From the NCBI RefSeq assembly GCF_964204645.1, contig NC_134032.1, positions 9,164,275 to 9,228,274 of the forward strand: DNA of 64,000 nucleotides. The letters run 5' to 3'. The position numbers and the translations under genes are program-made. Positions 46,567 through 60,068 of the stretch are shown piece by piece. The stretch is from Tubulanus polymorphus. Taxonomy: Eukaryota; Animalia; Nemertea. A model generated the notes under the pieces. The model was not told the origin of the DNA, made no database searches, and worked only from the letters and a program-made list of their open reading frames with translations. How positions within the stretch are numbered: the stretch's first letter is position 1; each line of letters starts with the position of its first letter.

Positions 46567-48230
46567 TGATCTCTCTGACTATTCCCAACCACCAACACTA
46601 CATACCAAGTTTCTGAATCATGTTTTCTGAACTATTCCCTTAGACTAAGATATTTCTTGTTTGCTTCGTTAAACCCAACTGTTCCCATTAAATCATTATT
46701 TTTTCCCAGACGTTACTAATATTTATTTCATTATTTGGTTAACCCTAGTCAACTATCATCCCCCCAGGCTTAATTTTTTTCACCCCGAAAAACAAATGGC
46801 AACCATCCAGACACGAACTTTATTCAACCAGATTAAATATAAGATAAAACAATATACAAACAATACAATACAGATACGACAGCATTCTTAAGGAATTTAA
46901 TTTAACATAATAATCATCAGTAGTTTATATTATCATAATTAATATCATCATTCATTTATCATTATACATGGCAATTTATTTATTCATTCAACTGATTTTA
47001 TTCATTAATGCATTATTAAATATGTAAATTTTTTTTCCACGATTCTATTTTCACTTCCGCAGCAGTTCAGCATACAACGCGCAAAACAAAAGTTGATCAT
47101 TTATGTACGAAAATTGAATGCACAACAAGTTCAATTAAGTCATCTAATTAACAAGAAAGTTTCGAGGCATGAATCGGTACCACTGACACACAATAACGCA
47201 CCCACCTAGATGGCGAATCAGAATCTTCTCGAATAACGGCGGCTCTTGCGTCGACAAACGGTCTCCATTCAAAAGCAGCAAATCAAGTAACCGTACAAAT
47301 GACACGAGTACACAACAAAATACGGTAAGAGACGTACCATAAGGTATACGACATATTAAACATTAAGACGTAGAACAAAACAGGTATATATTATAATGCG
47401 AACGACATCGCCACAGACGAACACTAAACAATTCGATTACAGCGCAAAGGATGACGAAGCGGTTTTCTTTTCTTTTTCGAACGAACAACCGACAGCTAAT
47501 AATACAGAATGACGGCCATAGGTGTTAACGAACAAGCTAGTACAGTCTCACAGCTCGTTTCGGTTTTATTTTTTTCGGATGGACCATACTACGATCCTGA
47601 ATATAATTATCCATCACACCGGCCATAATATACGTGACTTCCAGGGATCGCAAGAACGACGGCACCATATTGAGAATCACTCTCCAGAACGATTCAGCAG
47701 CGGTATAACTGAACAAGCGACCGAACGCTCGACAATCGAACAATGGCATTCAGATCCAGGATACGGACGATCGCGCTAAGTTGAGGTCACGTAAAGCGAA
47801 TCCGGTGACTGCAAGTATATGTGAAGATGGCGACGGCTACGGTGTCACGACGATCTCGAAACAGTACAGTCCACTCCCGACGAGTTCGACTCTGGCCGGA
47901 ACGAAAGTGACATGGAACAACCCAAACAAAACTAAGCAATCAAACCCAAAATACTCCCCATGGTTTTGCAGATAAAGATAGCATAGCAATAATATATGAG
48001 ATTTTCAGGAAATAGATAAGGTACAATTCACTCCCAATGCTAGACCAAAAGATCCCGATAAATGATAATTATGCAACGATATACGATATAACATACGTTA
48101 TATAGTTCCAAATGAACGTAATATCTTTTATATATAATAAAGGAATTTGCAATTAGTGACTATAGAACCAAACGAAGACAGCAACACGACTACATTCCAA
48201 ATACGAATAATTTCATAAAATTTCCAAAAC

Positions 48231-49229
48231 TTAAGGCTGATAAAGTGACAAGTCCGGATAAAGACCTGACCTCCCACCTGGTCTCCCTGCTAAACTAGAT
48301 GCATCAATTTTTCGAATCATGTCTTGAGAATATTGAATCTCATGAGGTATACCTTTATCTTCACTGATCGACAAAGGCACCAAAAGATCGTGATGTTTAA
48401 CATATATCCGTAAAGTAAATGATGAGCTCATAATCAATCTTCCAATTCGCCTATATAGAGAAGGCTTGACTGGAATTTTATCCGGAAAATCAATAGCAAT
48501 TCCATCATACTGAATTTTACAAGGTGTAACCCAATCAAGATTGATAAATAATTTAAAGAAATGAGAATTACAATGTAGCTTACGTAAAGCAGGGGATCCA
48601 AGTAAGGAAATACTGTCCGCACAGGCATTAAGATCAATTAATGGAAGTAAGATACATTCATTCCAATCCGAAATCTCTAAAAGTAGTTGTGATTTACAAC
48701 GTTGAACCATATTACGCCTGCCCCTTAGAAAGGTAAATAGGTATTTAATATCATAACACAGGAAATGCAACGCACAGTAGATAATAGCCAGAAGAACTAT
48801 TGTGTCAACTAGAACATTGGAATCGTCGTCAATTAGCGATTGAGCAACCCGCGAAGACTGTTCTAAAAATGAAATAGTCCTATTAGACTGTATAACCGTT
48901 GCCCCAGCAAGTGGTGCTGCATGAGCTGCACCCAAGGCTGCAACCGGAAAAATACCCCCTGGATTATACCTTATCATGAAGAATATATAAATTGACATAG
49001 CAAGCGCCGCTATGCTCAGAATAGTAGGAACCGATATAATGCCTATAGACGATGGAGATAAAGATATATGGCGCAAATTATCTCTAGCTAGTTCATTCTT
49101 TAACGCGTCGGCCTTTGAGGCAAACAAATCTATATTAGACTTATGCGTTGAAGCCAATTTCTTAAGATCCGTTGAAAATTTAGCGCCCTTTGATGCTACC
49201 AAATCCCATGACTCTTTATTCAGTTTTAA
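48231..49229 (-). pseudogene. C-terminal part of an env-like membrane protein
   Basis: Lies downstream of integrase. Helical stretch, two hydrophobic segments (IISVPTILSIAALAMSIYIFFMI; TIVLLAIIYCALHFLCY) and a long C-terminal domain. The ORF's N-terminus comes from a MITE. Confidence 0.6.
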
Positions 49230-49470
49230 GGCCCGGACACACTGGGCGATTTCGTCGCCCGACGAAATCGCCGGTAAAATCGCCCAGTGTGTCCGGGCAA
49301 TCGCCTTCGGCGATTTAGTCGGCCGACGACAGAATCGCCCAGTGTGTCCGGGTACGGCGATCAGTCGCCTCGAGCGCCGTATTAACCAGCCAATCACGGC
49401 TCTTGATTTATTAAAGGTGGCGCTAGCAGCTGGTCGTTTCAAAATAAGCGGCGCTGTTCGCCGATTTCGT
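49230..49470. mobile_element. Harbinger/PIF-type MITE end at the pol/env deletion junction
   Basis: TAA|GGCCCGGACACACTGGGCGAT, with inverted copies ATCGCCCAGTGTGTCCGGG at ~49280 and ~49334. Confidence 0.65.
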
Positions 49471-49471
49471 C

Positions 49472-52400
49472 TTAGTAAAATGGACTATAATTCGATATTG
49501 ACTTCATTGGACTAGTATTATACGCAAAGACTGCAGCACGCAAGTAAGTAGTCCAATCGGTTTGATTATCAGAAATCATCATAGATAATAAGGATTTAAT
49601 TGACTTGTTCGTAACTTCACTGAGACCATTGCATTTAGGATTAAATGAAGCAGTCTTCTTATGTGTAATATTCGAGAATTTAAGTATTTCCTCCACAATC
49701 TCACTTAAGAAATTACTTCCGCGATCACTTAATAATTCTTTAGGGAAAGCATATCTTAGGAAAATTTCATCATACATGATTCTAGCAATAGTAGGAGCAG
49801 TTATATCAGGAACCGCAAATGCTTCACAATATCGTGTAAAATTACACACAAAGACCACAATTTGGTTCATCCCATCCCTAGACCTTGTCAAGGGTCCCAC
49901 ACAATCTACTGATATTTTGACAAAAGGACCATCAGGAATTTCCTGTGGTTGTATTGGTGCATGAACACGTCTATTAGACCTCTTTCGCTGATTACAATTA
50001 GAACAGCTGGATACAAAATGAGATACATCTCGATACAAATTCTTCCAAAAATAGTTTCGATATATTCTAGAATAAGTCTTAGGTATACCAAAATGCCCAG
50101 AAATATTCTCGTCATGCATAAATTGCAGAATTTCTTGTTTCAATGATTTGGGTACTACTAATTGTAAGAAATAATCTCCATTTTCATCCTTCGACGGCCT
50201 TGGGATATGATATAAAACCCCTTTTTCATTCAAGGTATATTGATCAGCTTCTAGTAGAACTAATCTTGCTTCCGACTTGTCATCAGATAAAGTACCATTT
50301 TCTAAATAATTTATCATGTCAGATAAATGCCTGTCTTTTAATTGCTCATTGCGAATATTATCTACATCAACACGTGCTAACTCATAAATCTTGGTGTTGG
50401 ATCCGAAATTCATTCTGCTTAACCCATCTGCGTTACCGTGAATCCTACCGGGCTTGTGTTTAATTTCAAAATCATACTCCGATAACTCATCTAACACTCG
50501 TAATACCTGTGGGGTAGGATTTTTCATTCGCTTAACGTAAGACAATGCCGCATGATCAGTTTGAATGACAAACGGTTTACCATAAAGAAATGGCCGAAAA
50601 TGACTGACACCGTACAGTATGGCGGCTAATTCCTTGCGAGTGGTATTGTAATTAAGTTCAGCTTTTGTAAACTGTTTTAATGCATACGAAAAAGGATGCT
50701 CCTTGCCATCGTCTGAAATCTGACTTAAAACCATACCGCAAGCAAAGTTACTAGCATCACACTGCAGAATGAACGGTTTGTCGAAATCAGGAAATTCTAA
50801 TACCGGAGCTGACTGAAGAGCCATCTTCAAATTGTCGAATGATTTTTGACATTCATCAAACCACTCAAATTCAACATCCTTTTGAAGTAGTAACGTTAGG
50901 GGTTTAGCAATCGTGGCATAATCTTTTACAAATGATCTATAAAATCCTGTCAGACCAAGAAATCCTCTCAGAGTTTTAAGAGAGTTTGGAGTAGCACATT
51001 CTTCAATCTTATGAATTTTCTCTTCCAATGGTAGCAATCAAAATTCAGTTACTAAGTAACCTAAATATTTAACTTTATTAGAAAAGAAATGACATTTAAG
51101 TCGTTTTAATTTCAAATTGGCTTCACGCAGTCATTCAAACACTAGTCTCAGATGTGCTAAGTGAGATTCCTCATCCTCAGAGTATATAATAATATCATCC
51201 AAAAATACTTCACAAATATCATGAAGGAGATCTTTTAAAACATATGTAATATTTCGCCAAAATGTGGCGGGTGCTCCTCCTAACCCTTGCGGCATCATTA
51301 GGTATTCCCATTTTCCACTGTAGCAAACAAAAGCTGTTTTGTCTATAGAATCCGAATGCATAGGAATCTGAAAATATCCCGAATGTAAATCTAGTGTTGT
51401 AAATATTTTGCCTTTCCCTTTACCAATGTTAGTGAATATCTCATTTAATGTAGGTCCAGGGAATGTGTCAATTTTTGTTACTTTATTGAGCTGGCGGTAG
51501 TCATGAACCAAGCGATAAGCTGGTGTTTTATCAGGGTTCAATGAAGCTTTTTGTACTAGTATGCAAGGAGACGCCCATTCGGAAGTTGATTCCCGAATGA
51601 TTCCTTTATCAGTCAATAATCCTTAATTAAGTTATCTTCGACTTCTCTGAGTGCAACAGCGGGTCTATAGGGTTTTAACCTTACCGGGGGAGATGAACCA
51701 GTGTGTATTCGATGCTCCCAGGGTACCTTAGCTCTCGATAATTCCTTCGTTTCATTCGCAAAAATATCTTTAAATTCTACTAATAAATTGTACAGTTTAA
51801 TTTTACCTTCTGGACTGAGACCTGTATCAGTTATATTAATATCATGAAAATTGATATTTTCAGTGTCATTTTCTAAAAATTGTTTACCATCAGAGACTTT
51901 AAATTCTTTAGGTCCCGAGTTCTTTGATTTTTCACCCTCCGAGTCACTTGATTGATTATCCTCGGGAACTATCATATAATTCAGCGTTACAAAACCTAAA
52001 GATGTGCCTTTATGTAATTTTATCGGGGCATTCGTAAAGTTGTATAGTGTCAATGGCACTGTTTTATTGCGCACCTCGACTACTGACTCATCACTATGAA
52101 TACTGTACCTCGATCCAAGATTGCGATCTGGTTCTAAAAGAACCTGGTTGCTGTCAGAAAGATAATTCGAGAGTTTACCCCTTATTTCATACTGTGATTT
52201 CGGTGGTATTACTATTTCATTAACAGTTCTCACTTTAGCCTGATGACCCAAACCAACTTGATTTTGTAATTTTATTGGGTGTCCATTATCTATAGACATA
52301 TTTCCTGAACCAAAATCTAACACAACCTTTTTCTCATTCATGAAATCTAATCCCAATATCAAAGTTTGTTGTATAGGGCTTGCTAAAAATACTGTTTGAG

Positions 52401-53946
52401 AAAATCGCTCAGAACCTATTTGAATAGGTATATCTACCGTTCCTTCTAAAGATATAGGGGTTCCATTTGCTGAATGCGCCACGGTTAACGATGCTTCTTT
52501 GAAAGGTTATTTATTAAGTAGAGAAGATGAATGATAAACTCTACTATCCATTACGGAGATCATGGCTCCGCTGTCAATTAAAACATTATAAGGGGTGTTT
52601 CCTATCTTCCCATTAACCGTACTGGCTACAGATGCTAAGATGATTGGATGTTTATCATTCTCGGTACTAAAATAAGCATCCTCTGCAGGGTTTTCAGAGG
52701 TTAATGACTGTTCTCGTAAAAATTCCGAAACCTCGCGTATAACGGCTTGAGACAAGGAATCTTCGCACTCGACTAGTTGGAGATCGGTAACAGCTGCCTC
52801 GCATTTATTTTGGAATTCTAACCTGGGATAGTTAGAAGATAAAGCATAAGTTCCAGCAGAAACATCAATCAAAAATTCAGACACATCATTTAGAATTTCA
52901 TTTCCAGACCTTGAATATGATTTTTCGCATTTTCTAAAATTAGTATAGTTCGTTCCTACATTTCGACACTGAAGTTTCTGTAATTTATTTGCTGCCCACT
53001 TGCACATTTCAATAATTTCTTCACCAGGGTCCCACAATTTAAATTCACGAGCTATTTTAGAGGTATTTTGTACTTCGGTGTCTAATTCAGACATTTCACC
53101 GAATTTTACATGTTTCTTAATTTTCGCCGATTCCATTTCACATCGATTTCGCGTACATGTATCTACTAAATCTTCATCGGACCTTTTGTCATTCTCCCCA
53201 GGGTCCCAACATCTGGGTTCACGAGTTATCTTTGAGGCAATTTGAACCTCCGCATTTACGTCGGACATCTTATCAAAACTTACACGTTTTTTAATTTTCT
53301 TAGTTTCAATTTCAAACTGATTTTGTATACACTTTTCTTCTAATTCCTTATTTGACATGATTTTTGAATTATCCTCTCCTTCAGAGTATGAGCTAAAACT
53401 AGAAACATTTTCATTATCTATCTTTCCGTCATTTACTGCGGTAGATTCAATCTGACCATCGCAATCATTACTAATTTTACTATCAAATTTATTATTCATA
53501 CCATCATAACTCAATGTAATATCTTCTCTATTTAGGTTCAATGGGCTATTCGATTCAATTCTTTCAGATTTACTTTCTGCTTCTGACAGACCTTTTTCTG
53601 ATAAATTAGTATCTGTTTTCATAAACGGTTTATTTACACTAAGTGCGGATACCCCCATAGATTCATCAGTATACACTAAACTATTCATATTTCGTCTGGG
53701 ATCCTCGCCAGCAGACCTACACATATTATACCCATCACACCTGTCCATTAAAATAAACTCATTACCATACAGATCGTCTGTCTTATCGTAAGCATAAGGC
53801 TCAAAATAATTCTGCTCAAATTCTGAAGGGAAGTTTCTTTCTCTAAATTCATTATAGCATTGTAAATAATCATATCTATCATCATAATTCGATTTACCTA
53901 AATGTCCGTTCGTAAATGCCGATGTGGCTATAGGACCTTGATTCAC
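49472..53946 (-). pseudogene. pol: Gypsy pol (protease, RT, RNase H, integrase), frameshifted
   Basis: VLIDSGA; LDLHSGYFQIPM, VFLDDIIIYS; QCDAS, TDHAAL; GHFG...C..C, SVDCVGP, SDRGSNF. Split over four ORFs. Confidence 0.92.
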
Positions 53947-53963
53947 CCCGTAATCATAGGCCC

Positions 53964-54715
53964 TTACTCGTTTCCCGGAGGCGGGGTCTCAAATTCATAT
54001 AAACTATTCACTGTGTGCGTTCTATCTCGTGGTATAAATGATTGAGCTTGCTGTCTAAGAGGCGGCGGTTCACGTGAATTATCCTGATAAACTGAACTTC
54101 CCCGGAAACGATCAAATCGATTATCAGCTGGTTGCCTCACTTGCGAATATTGTCGTTGCGGTAGACGGTTGAAAGTTTTCGGACTATTATAGTTTTGCCG
54201 TGGACTCCGACATCGTCGGGCGATATGACCACGACGACCACAATTATGGCATATTCGGCATCTTGATGTTGTATGCCCTACCGTTTGACAATACTCGCAG
54301 TATGGTCGACCATCCGATAATCTAATCGGTCGAGATTTGTTTTGACTCGTTTCACCCTTTTGTAACTGCAACAACTCAGTCAATTTCTCATTTAAACCTT
54401 TTACTTCCTGCTCTAAGGCTATCTGGCGGGAATAATCTATATTCAATGACCTGATTGATGCCTCTGCCGGCGATAATCTGGCAAAAGTTATCGCCTCGTC
54501 AAAATTGATTGGGCATTTCCCAATTACAAACGCCTTTGTGGCTGGTAGCAACCCATGCAGAAATGGCTGCAACAGGTCCTCACCCGACTTCTCAAGTTTA
54601 CCGGCCAAGTAAAGTAACCTCCTAATAATCGAGTCAAGTGACTCACCTTCATTCATCTTCAACATGTAAAATTGTTGCTGAAATATTTTGAAGATTGAAT
54701 TTGAATTGATCTTAG
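53964..54715 (-). pseudogene. gag: Gypsy gag C-terminus with two CCHC knuckles
   Basis: CEYCQTVGHTTSRC and CHNCGRRGHIARRC. Cut by piggyBac at 54716. Confidence 0.85.
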
Positions 54716-55970
54716 CCCTGGGTTGCCCAGAATTGCAGAATTCATAGAAAAAATTTTGTGGCCATGGGATTATAATCATTACCATGCAAGATAAACAAAT
54801 ATTACAAAATTTTTGGGATGTGGACCTCTTGACCTACATTTCCATCATGGGTCATATGTGACCCAGTGGGCAAAACAGGATACAAAACCTTTAAAAAACT
54901 TGAACTAAAAACTTAATTCAATAGCCATTATCTTTATTTTATAATCATAAGGCTTTCCAACTGACAATATTTCTATCATTTCATATGATATTCATTATAA
55001 CAATTACGACTACCGTTGAAACAAAGTGTCACCTGACACTTTTCACACTTAGTGTCAGTTTTAATTTTACAGATCATACATCGGAACCTTGTGTCAGTTT
55101 TTATTGGCCAGTGAGCAATTTGGTCGTACCTAACATCATCACATGCAGCAACTCTCACCATTTTTCTTGGTGGTGGGGACATTTCATCCTGCAGTGATGG
55201 GCGACCTGGCCTTCTAACTTGGGTTCCAACCTCGACAAGAGCTTGGGCTAAGATTGCCTGAAATTTTCTCAATTTCATATGATTTTTGACTGGCACACTG
55301 TGGATTCTACAATCCCGTCTGTACAAAAGCCAGGCATTTATACAGGCAACAGAGTAGAAATGGAAAAACAAGATGGTATACCAACGCCTCGTTCGGTACC
55401 TGTATTTACATCTCGTCAAATGCGAATCCAGCATATCTACTCCGCCCATAAAGGCATTATACTCTTTGATCATCTTTGGACAAGGAACATCTCTATATTC
55501 TTTTTTTGTTTTATCCCATCTTCTCACTGTGGAATCAGGCAGGGGACCAATGTAACTAGACATTAAGGTAACTGGTTTTGTGTCCAACCATCTACAACAT
55601 ACCACTTTTTCATTTTTTTCACAGAAATAGTTATATGTTCCTCTACCTTTTGCTTGCAACTCTTTTTCAGTTGGCAAAGGACATTTTGCCACACGGTTTG
55701 CCCTAACAGTCCCAAGGTAATATAGTCCTCGAGACAGTAGCCTAACAATTAGTTCAATCGACGTGAACAAATTGTCAGCTAGGATCTTGTACCCACAATT
55801 ACTCTCAAGACTTTCACACAATTTCAGAACAACCTGACTACCTAAAGGAATTCCTGTCTTTGCATCACTCTTGCCCTGGTATACTTCAAAATCATGCAAT
55901 AGACCTGTTGTGTCACATCTACACCACACTTTATACCCCCAGGAATGTAGTTTGTTTTTGACATACTGAC
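54716..55970 (-). mobile_element. piggyBac family A, copy 2 (3' 1.25 kb only)
   Basis: Nearly identical to 17333-18586. Terminus follows TTAG. The C-terminal Cys-rich domain is intact. Confidence 0.92.
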
Positions 55971-56569
55971 AAATGTAAATTAAGAAAGAAAATAACAAAA
56001 CTAGTTGTGTTGATCAACAAAAATAAATCAATAGTTTATTACAATACTTCAATTTCAAAATAAGGATAGGAAAAAAGTGAACAATAAGTGTGTTTGCCAT
56101 GCGTCTTTAAATATTTCCCAAGAATATGTCTTTGTCTGGCCACCACCTGCCTCGACGTCAGACTTTTTCGAGATTTTCGCTTAAAATACGAAACAAGACA
56201 AAATTGATGGATGGGAATCATACATGCTACATTTACTTTTACTGCGAACATTGGAATGAGCTAAAGCAATTTTCTAGGAGGAAAAATTGAGTCAAATGAT
56301 GTTTCAAAATCTGGACGGGAAAAGTTTTACTGAATTGTATGGCTAATGGCAAATACATGTTTATATTGATAAGGTAAATATCTGTATAAAAGGTTGTATA
56401 GCAACTTGAATTGAAGGATTAATGTAATAGGTCTCTTATTCTAAAAGACGAGTGAGCCATACTTACTAGATTGGTCATGTGAATCAACATCAAATTTAGA
56501 ACTATCATCCATTTTTAGTTTTCAATCAAAGACCAACCTATGAAATAAAGTACATATTTTTCTGATAAC

Positions 56570-57110
56570 AACCTGGAATAAATCAAAATAAATCTGAGGA
56601 ATTCACCAAATTTCTGTATCGAACCCCTAATAGGGCCTATATAACCTATAGATTGATACTTACATACGACAAATTGACGAAGAAACTTCATTTGACAGTA
56701 TACAAACTCGCGGACAAACTCCCAAAATGAATCATGTCCTATTCACCTAGAATCAAACAAAATACAACTAAAAAATTCACAATACAGATTTCAGTTTCGA
56801 ATCCTTCAAATAGCTGTTTACTTACATGAAACGAATTATCAAACTACTTCTGCCGACAGCATACCAACTTGCTGACAAACCCCCAAAATGAAACGTGTCA
56901 TGATAAACATCTGGAATTAAACGTAATAAAGCTACAAAATTTACAAAATGTCGGTTTCGAATCCCTCAAATAGCCTTACACTTACAAATGATGGATTATC
57001 AAACAACTATGAACTCCCACAACGCCACATGTCTTTGATAATCTACAGTGAAAACCTGGAATTAAATGAAGTAAATCTTAAAATTCCGATTTGAACCCAA
57101 CGTAGGCCCT
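56570..57110. repeat. Degenerate ~165-bp tandem repeat
   Basis: Recurring 'ctggaat.aa', 'ttcgaatcc.tcaaatagc' and 'acttaca' blocks. Confidence 0.55.
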
Positions 57111-58044
57111 CTCTCTACTTGTAGGCCTAAGATCTTGAAAAAGGATAAATAATGTTATGATGAAAGAGGCATAATGGTTCGGAAAAAATAGAATTCAATA
57201 TGGCTCTTGGCCCGGCAAAGTTTGCTTTTGAATTTTCCTTTTGAGGCCTAGTTACACATTTTAAAAGCAAATAACATTTTGCATCAAACTAAAAGCGGCT
57301 AAAAGCTTGAGGAAAAGATTCGTTTGAGTCTTAAAATTTATAGCCTAGAACCAATTTCTTCGTCAAAGCGTGATGCATAATTTTGACTGGGTCTTATTTC
57401 CACGTGGTAGTGGACAGAAAATTTGAATAGGCCTAAATAATAGAATAATCTTTCTTAGGTTTCATGATAAATGCAATATATATCATAGATTAATGCTTAT
57501 CTTTTACAATTAGGCTTATGTTTCAAAGGAAAACGCCCACAGTTGGTCGAACAGGGGTTAGGCATTGATGGTAGAGGGGCTGTGTGTGTGCTGAAACAGA
57601 GATAAAAATGCACAGGAACGAGTGTGTCGAGTTGAGCTTATTATTCTCAGGGATAGTGTACTATAGTCATGTTATATATCAAAATGTTCCTTATTAGTTC
57701 CGCTGCATCGCTAAAAACAAATTGAGATTTTTGAGGGTTTCCCTGCATTTTTTACATATTACATCGCTTACAACGATAAAGGTCCGTCGCCGACTGAAAA
57801 ATTCACAAAAACTTCCGCATTGAGAGCGCCACCGCACCAATTCAAATTGGATCGGAAACCCTCCAGCGATGCACTCTATGATCTTTAGAACCTGTCTCTG
57901 CTGACTGGGAATAAGATATTTCTCAGCGCGAAGGGGGCGGGGCGCGGCGTCACCAGGTCCCGCTCCGCGAGGAAGCTAGATTTTCAAAGAAATGAGTGCA
58001 CGCGACGGCCGTGACCACTTGTTAGTGACTTGTTAAGACTGTAA

Positions 58045-58315
58045 GATCAACTTAAATATATTCCTATATGACTCCTATATATAATCTTCATAGGAGAGCC
58101 CGAAAATGTCAAGTGACTTTATTTTAATAATTTCATTATTCATCACTAATAACACCTATTGATGACTGCCTAAGATCAACCCCAAACAATTCCTATATGA
58201 CTCTGCTATATATAATCTTCATAGGAGAGCCTGAAAATCTCAAGTGACTTTCATATAATAATTTCAATACCCATAACTAATAACATCTATTAAAAACTGC
58301 CTAAGATCAACCCCA
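58045..58315. repeat. ~126-bp tandem duplication
   Basis: 'ttcctatatgactc...tatataatcttcataggagagcc.gaaaat.tcaagtgacttt' occurs twice. Confidence 0.85.
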
Positions 58316-58799
58316 CATCACAGCGCCAACCAGACACACCAAACTGCTATAAACATCAAACACATTCCACGCTACATGCCTGACAATCACAAACACCTAT
58401 CACTAATACATACGCATACCACATACACATACCTTAGTATCCTTTGTCCCATAAGCAATACTGCCACTGGTGAATTTCAGATTTGTCAGCATTTTGCAGG
58501 GACCAACAGCTAACTTGGATGCCAAGTCGCGGGCTTTAATCGCCTCCCGGATTTCGTTGCAGCTGGTAATTCCAGGTACCATGCATGATTTGCGTCTATC
58601 TTCAGGCGTACTAATTACCTTGACGCTAGATGAATTAGTCGTCATTTCTGCAAAGACACATATAGTCATCTTGATTACAATGCAGCATTCAGGACCATCA
58701 TGCACCCCAGGCAAGAGATACTGTATATTATAATACTACAAAGCCATTCCCTATGCCCAAATCAAGGCTTCAACAATTGTTGTTAATTTTTCGTCCACA

Positions 58800-59400
58800 C
58801 ACAGCTAAGGAAACCCAGCAGATCATAAGCGGAAAATAATCAGAAAGGGGACACGCACCCGCCTATGTTCGGTATGCAACACATGCTACATTTCACCTGA
58901 TTTCTGTTAACTTCCACTTAATTCAGCTATTTTTGAGCATAACATTTGGCACTGAAAGTGTTAATTCCTTAAGGTCCATCAATCGACACATTACGAAATC
59001 CTTTATATACATGGTCCTCCTCGGGGAAATGTGCGCGGATGCACGAAACGACACAAGCAGGCAAAATTCTCCTATTCTCCTTGCCCAAATATCCCCAACA
59101 CCACCGAACAAATGATCTGTACGCTATATGTCTTAATTTCGCATTTGCTGGCCCTTCAAAACTTTTCCGTCCGCACTGCCGTTAAAATTTAGGTCCACAT
59201 CAGCTGCAGGACCTAAGGGTTCAAACAGATTGAAGCGCAAGCTGCCGTGTCCGTCATGCAGGTATCTTCATTTTGTCCGGACTCCTCCCGAACCCATTCC
59301 AGTCTTCTTTTCACGACGTCAATCTCCATACAGCACACACACTCCTGCTCCGTCTCTAAGATCTGACAATGTCCACATTGGCACCTAAAAAGATTATCCC
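58800..59400 (-). pseudogene. P2X7-ballast/nanor-like Cys-rich domain relic (Kolobok second-ORF type)
   Basis: CQCGHC......ECVCC.E....CMT......ICLNP, plus a downstream HVAYR exon at ~58880. Confidence 0.7.
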
Positions 59401-60068
59401 TAGAAATATTATTAAGGCATGAATATAGGTTTGTAAGCCTATGCTGGTGCAATGCAGTACAAGAATAGTCCAGCAGTGCCAGCACAACAACGTTGAATCG
59501 CACCGAGCTTTTGAAACGAACATGATAAGATTCTCTTATTTCGCCAACAATGCTCAAAAACCTATAGTTAAATCTACGACTTAATGAATCTTAAAATACA
59601 TATTTTTAAGTTAATTGTTATATAAACATACCACTGATTCAGATTATCCAGTTCCAAACGGTTTATTTGGCCTTCATCGTCGTCTGCCTCTGGTCTGGGT
59701 CCATCGCCGTTTCGCTTCGGTTCTGCCTCCAGTTCATATAAATATGGCCCGATATTAATTCCTCTTCGTCACTTGTTTCCTGCCATTCAAGTTCACTTAG
59801 CGATTCATCTGAATTTGATGCCAAAGTGGCGTGAACCCTATCCTGCATGAAAACTTTTTCTTTGTTATTTTTGGCTAAAATTTTGAATTTGGGGCCCATT
59901 AGGACCAAATAGCACGAAAATACTCGATTTCCAATTTTCTGAACAAAATTTTGGCAATATTGGTCCATCACATATGAAACTTATATGCACACGAGCAACA
60001 AAAATGTAAAAAAAATCAAAATTGACAAGTATATGTTTTTAATCATATCATGACAAAACCAGTTTTAT

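Larger units (their letters stand above)
46567..54715 (-). mobile_element. Gypsy/Ty3 LTR retrotransposon with env-like ORF; 5' end lost
   Basis: Order gag, PR, RT, RH, IN, env-like ORF. PPT-like CTGGGGGGA abuts TG at 46758. Putative 3' LTR TGAT..ATCA at 46567-46758. Confidence 0.85.

Noticed and set aside
49012-49515. 167-aa plus-strand ORF and the first ~70 aa of ORF 48231..49442
   Set aside because: Both derive from the GC-rich MITE and the antisense of the env-like ORF.
53964-54785. Apparent gag start MVMIIIPWPQ (also in ORF 17136..17402)
   Set aside because: It is read-through from the piggyBac terminus into flanking DNA, not a real N-terminus.
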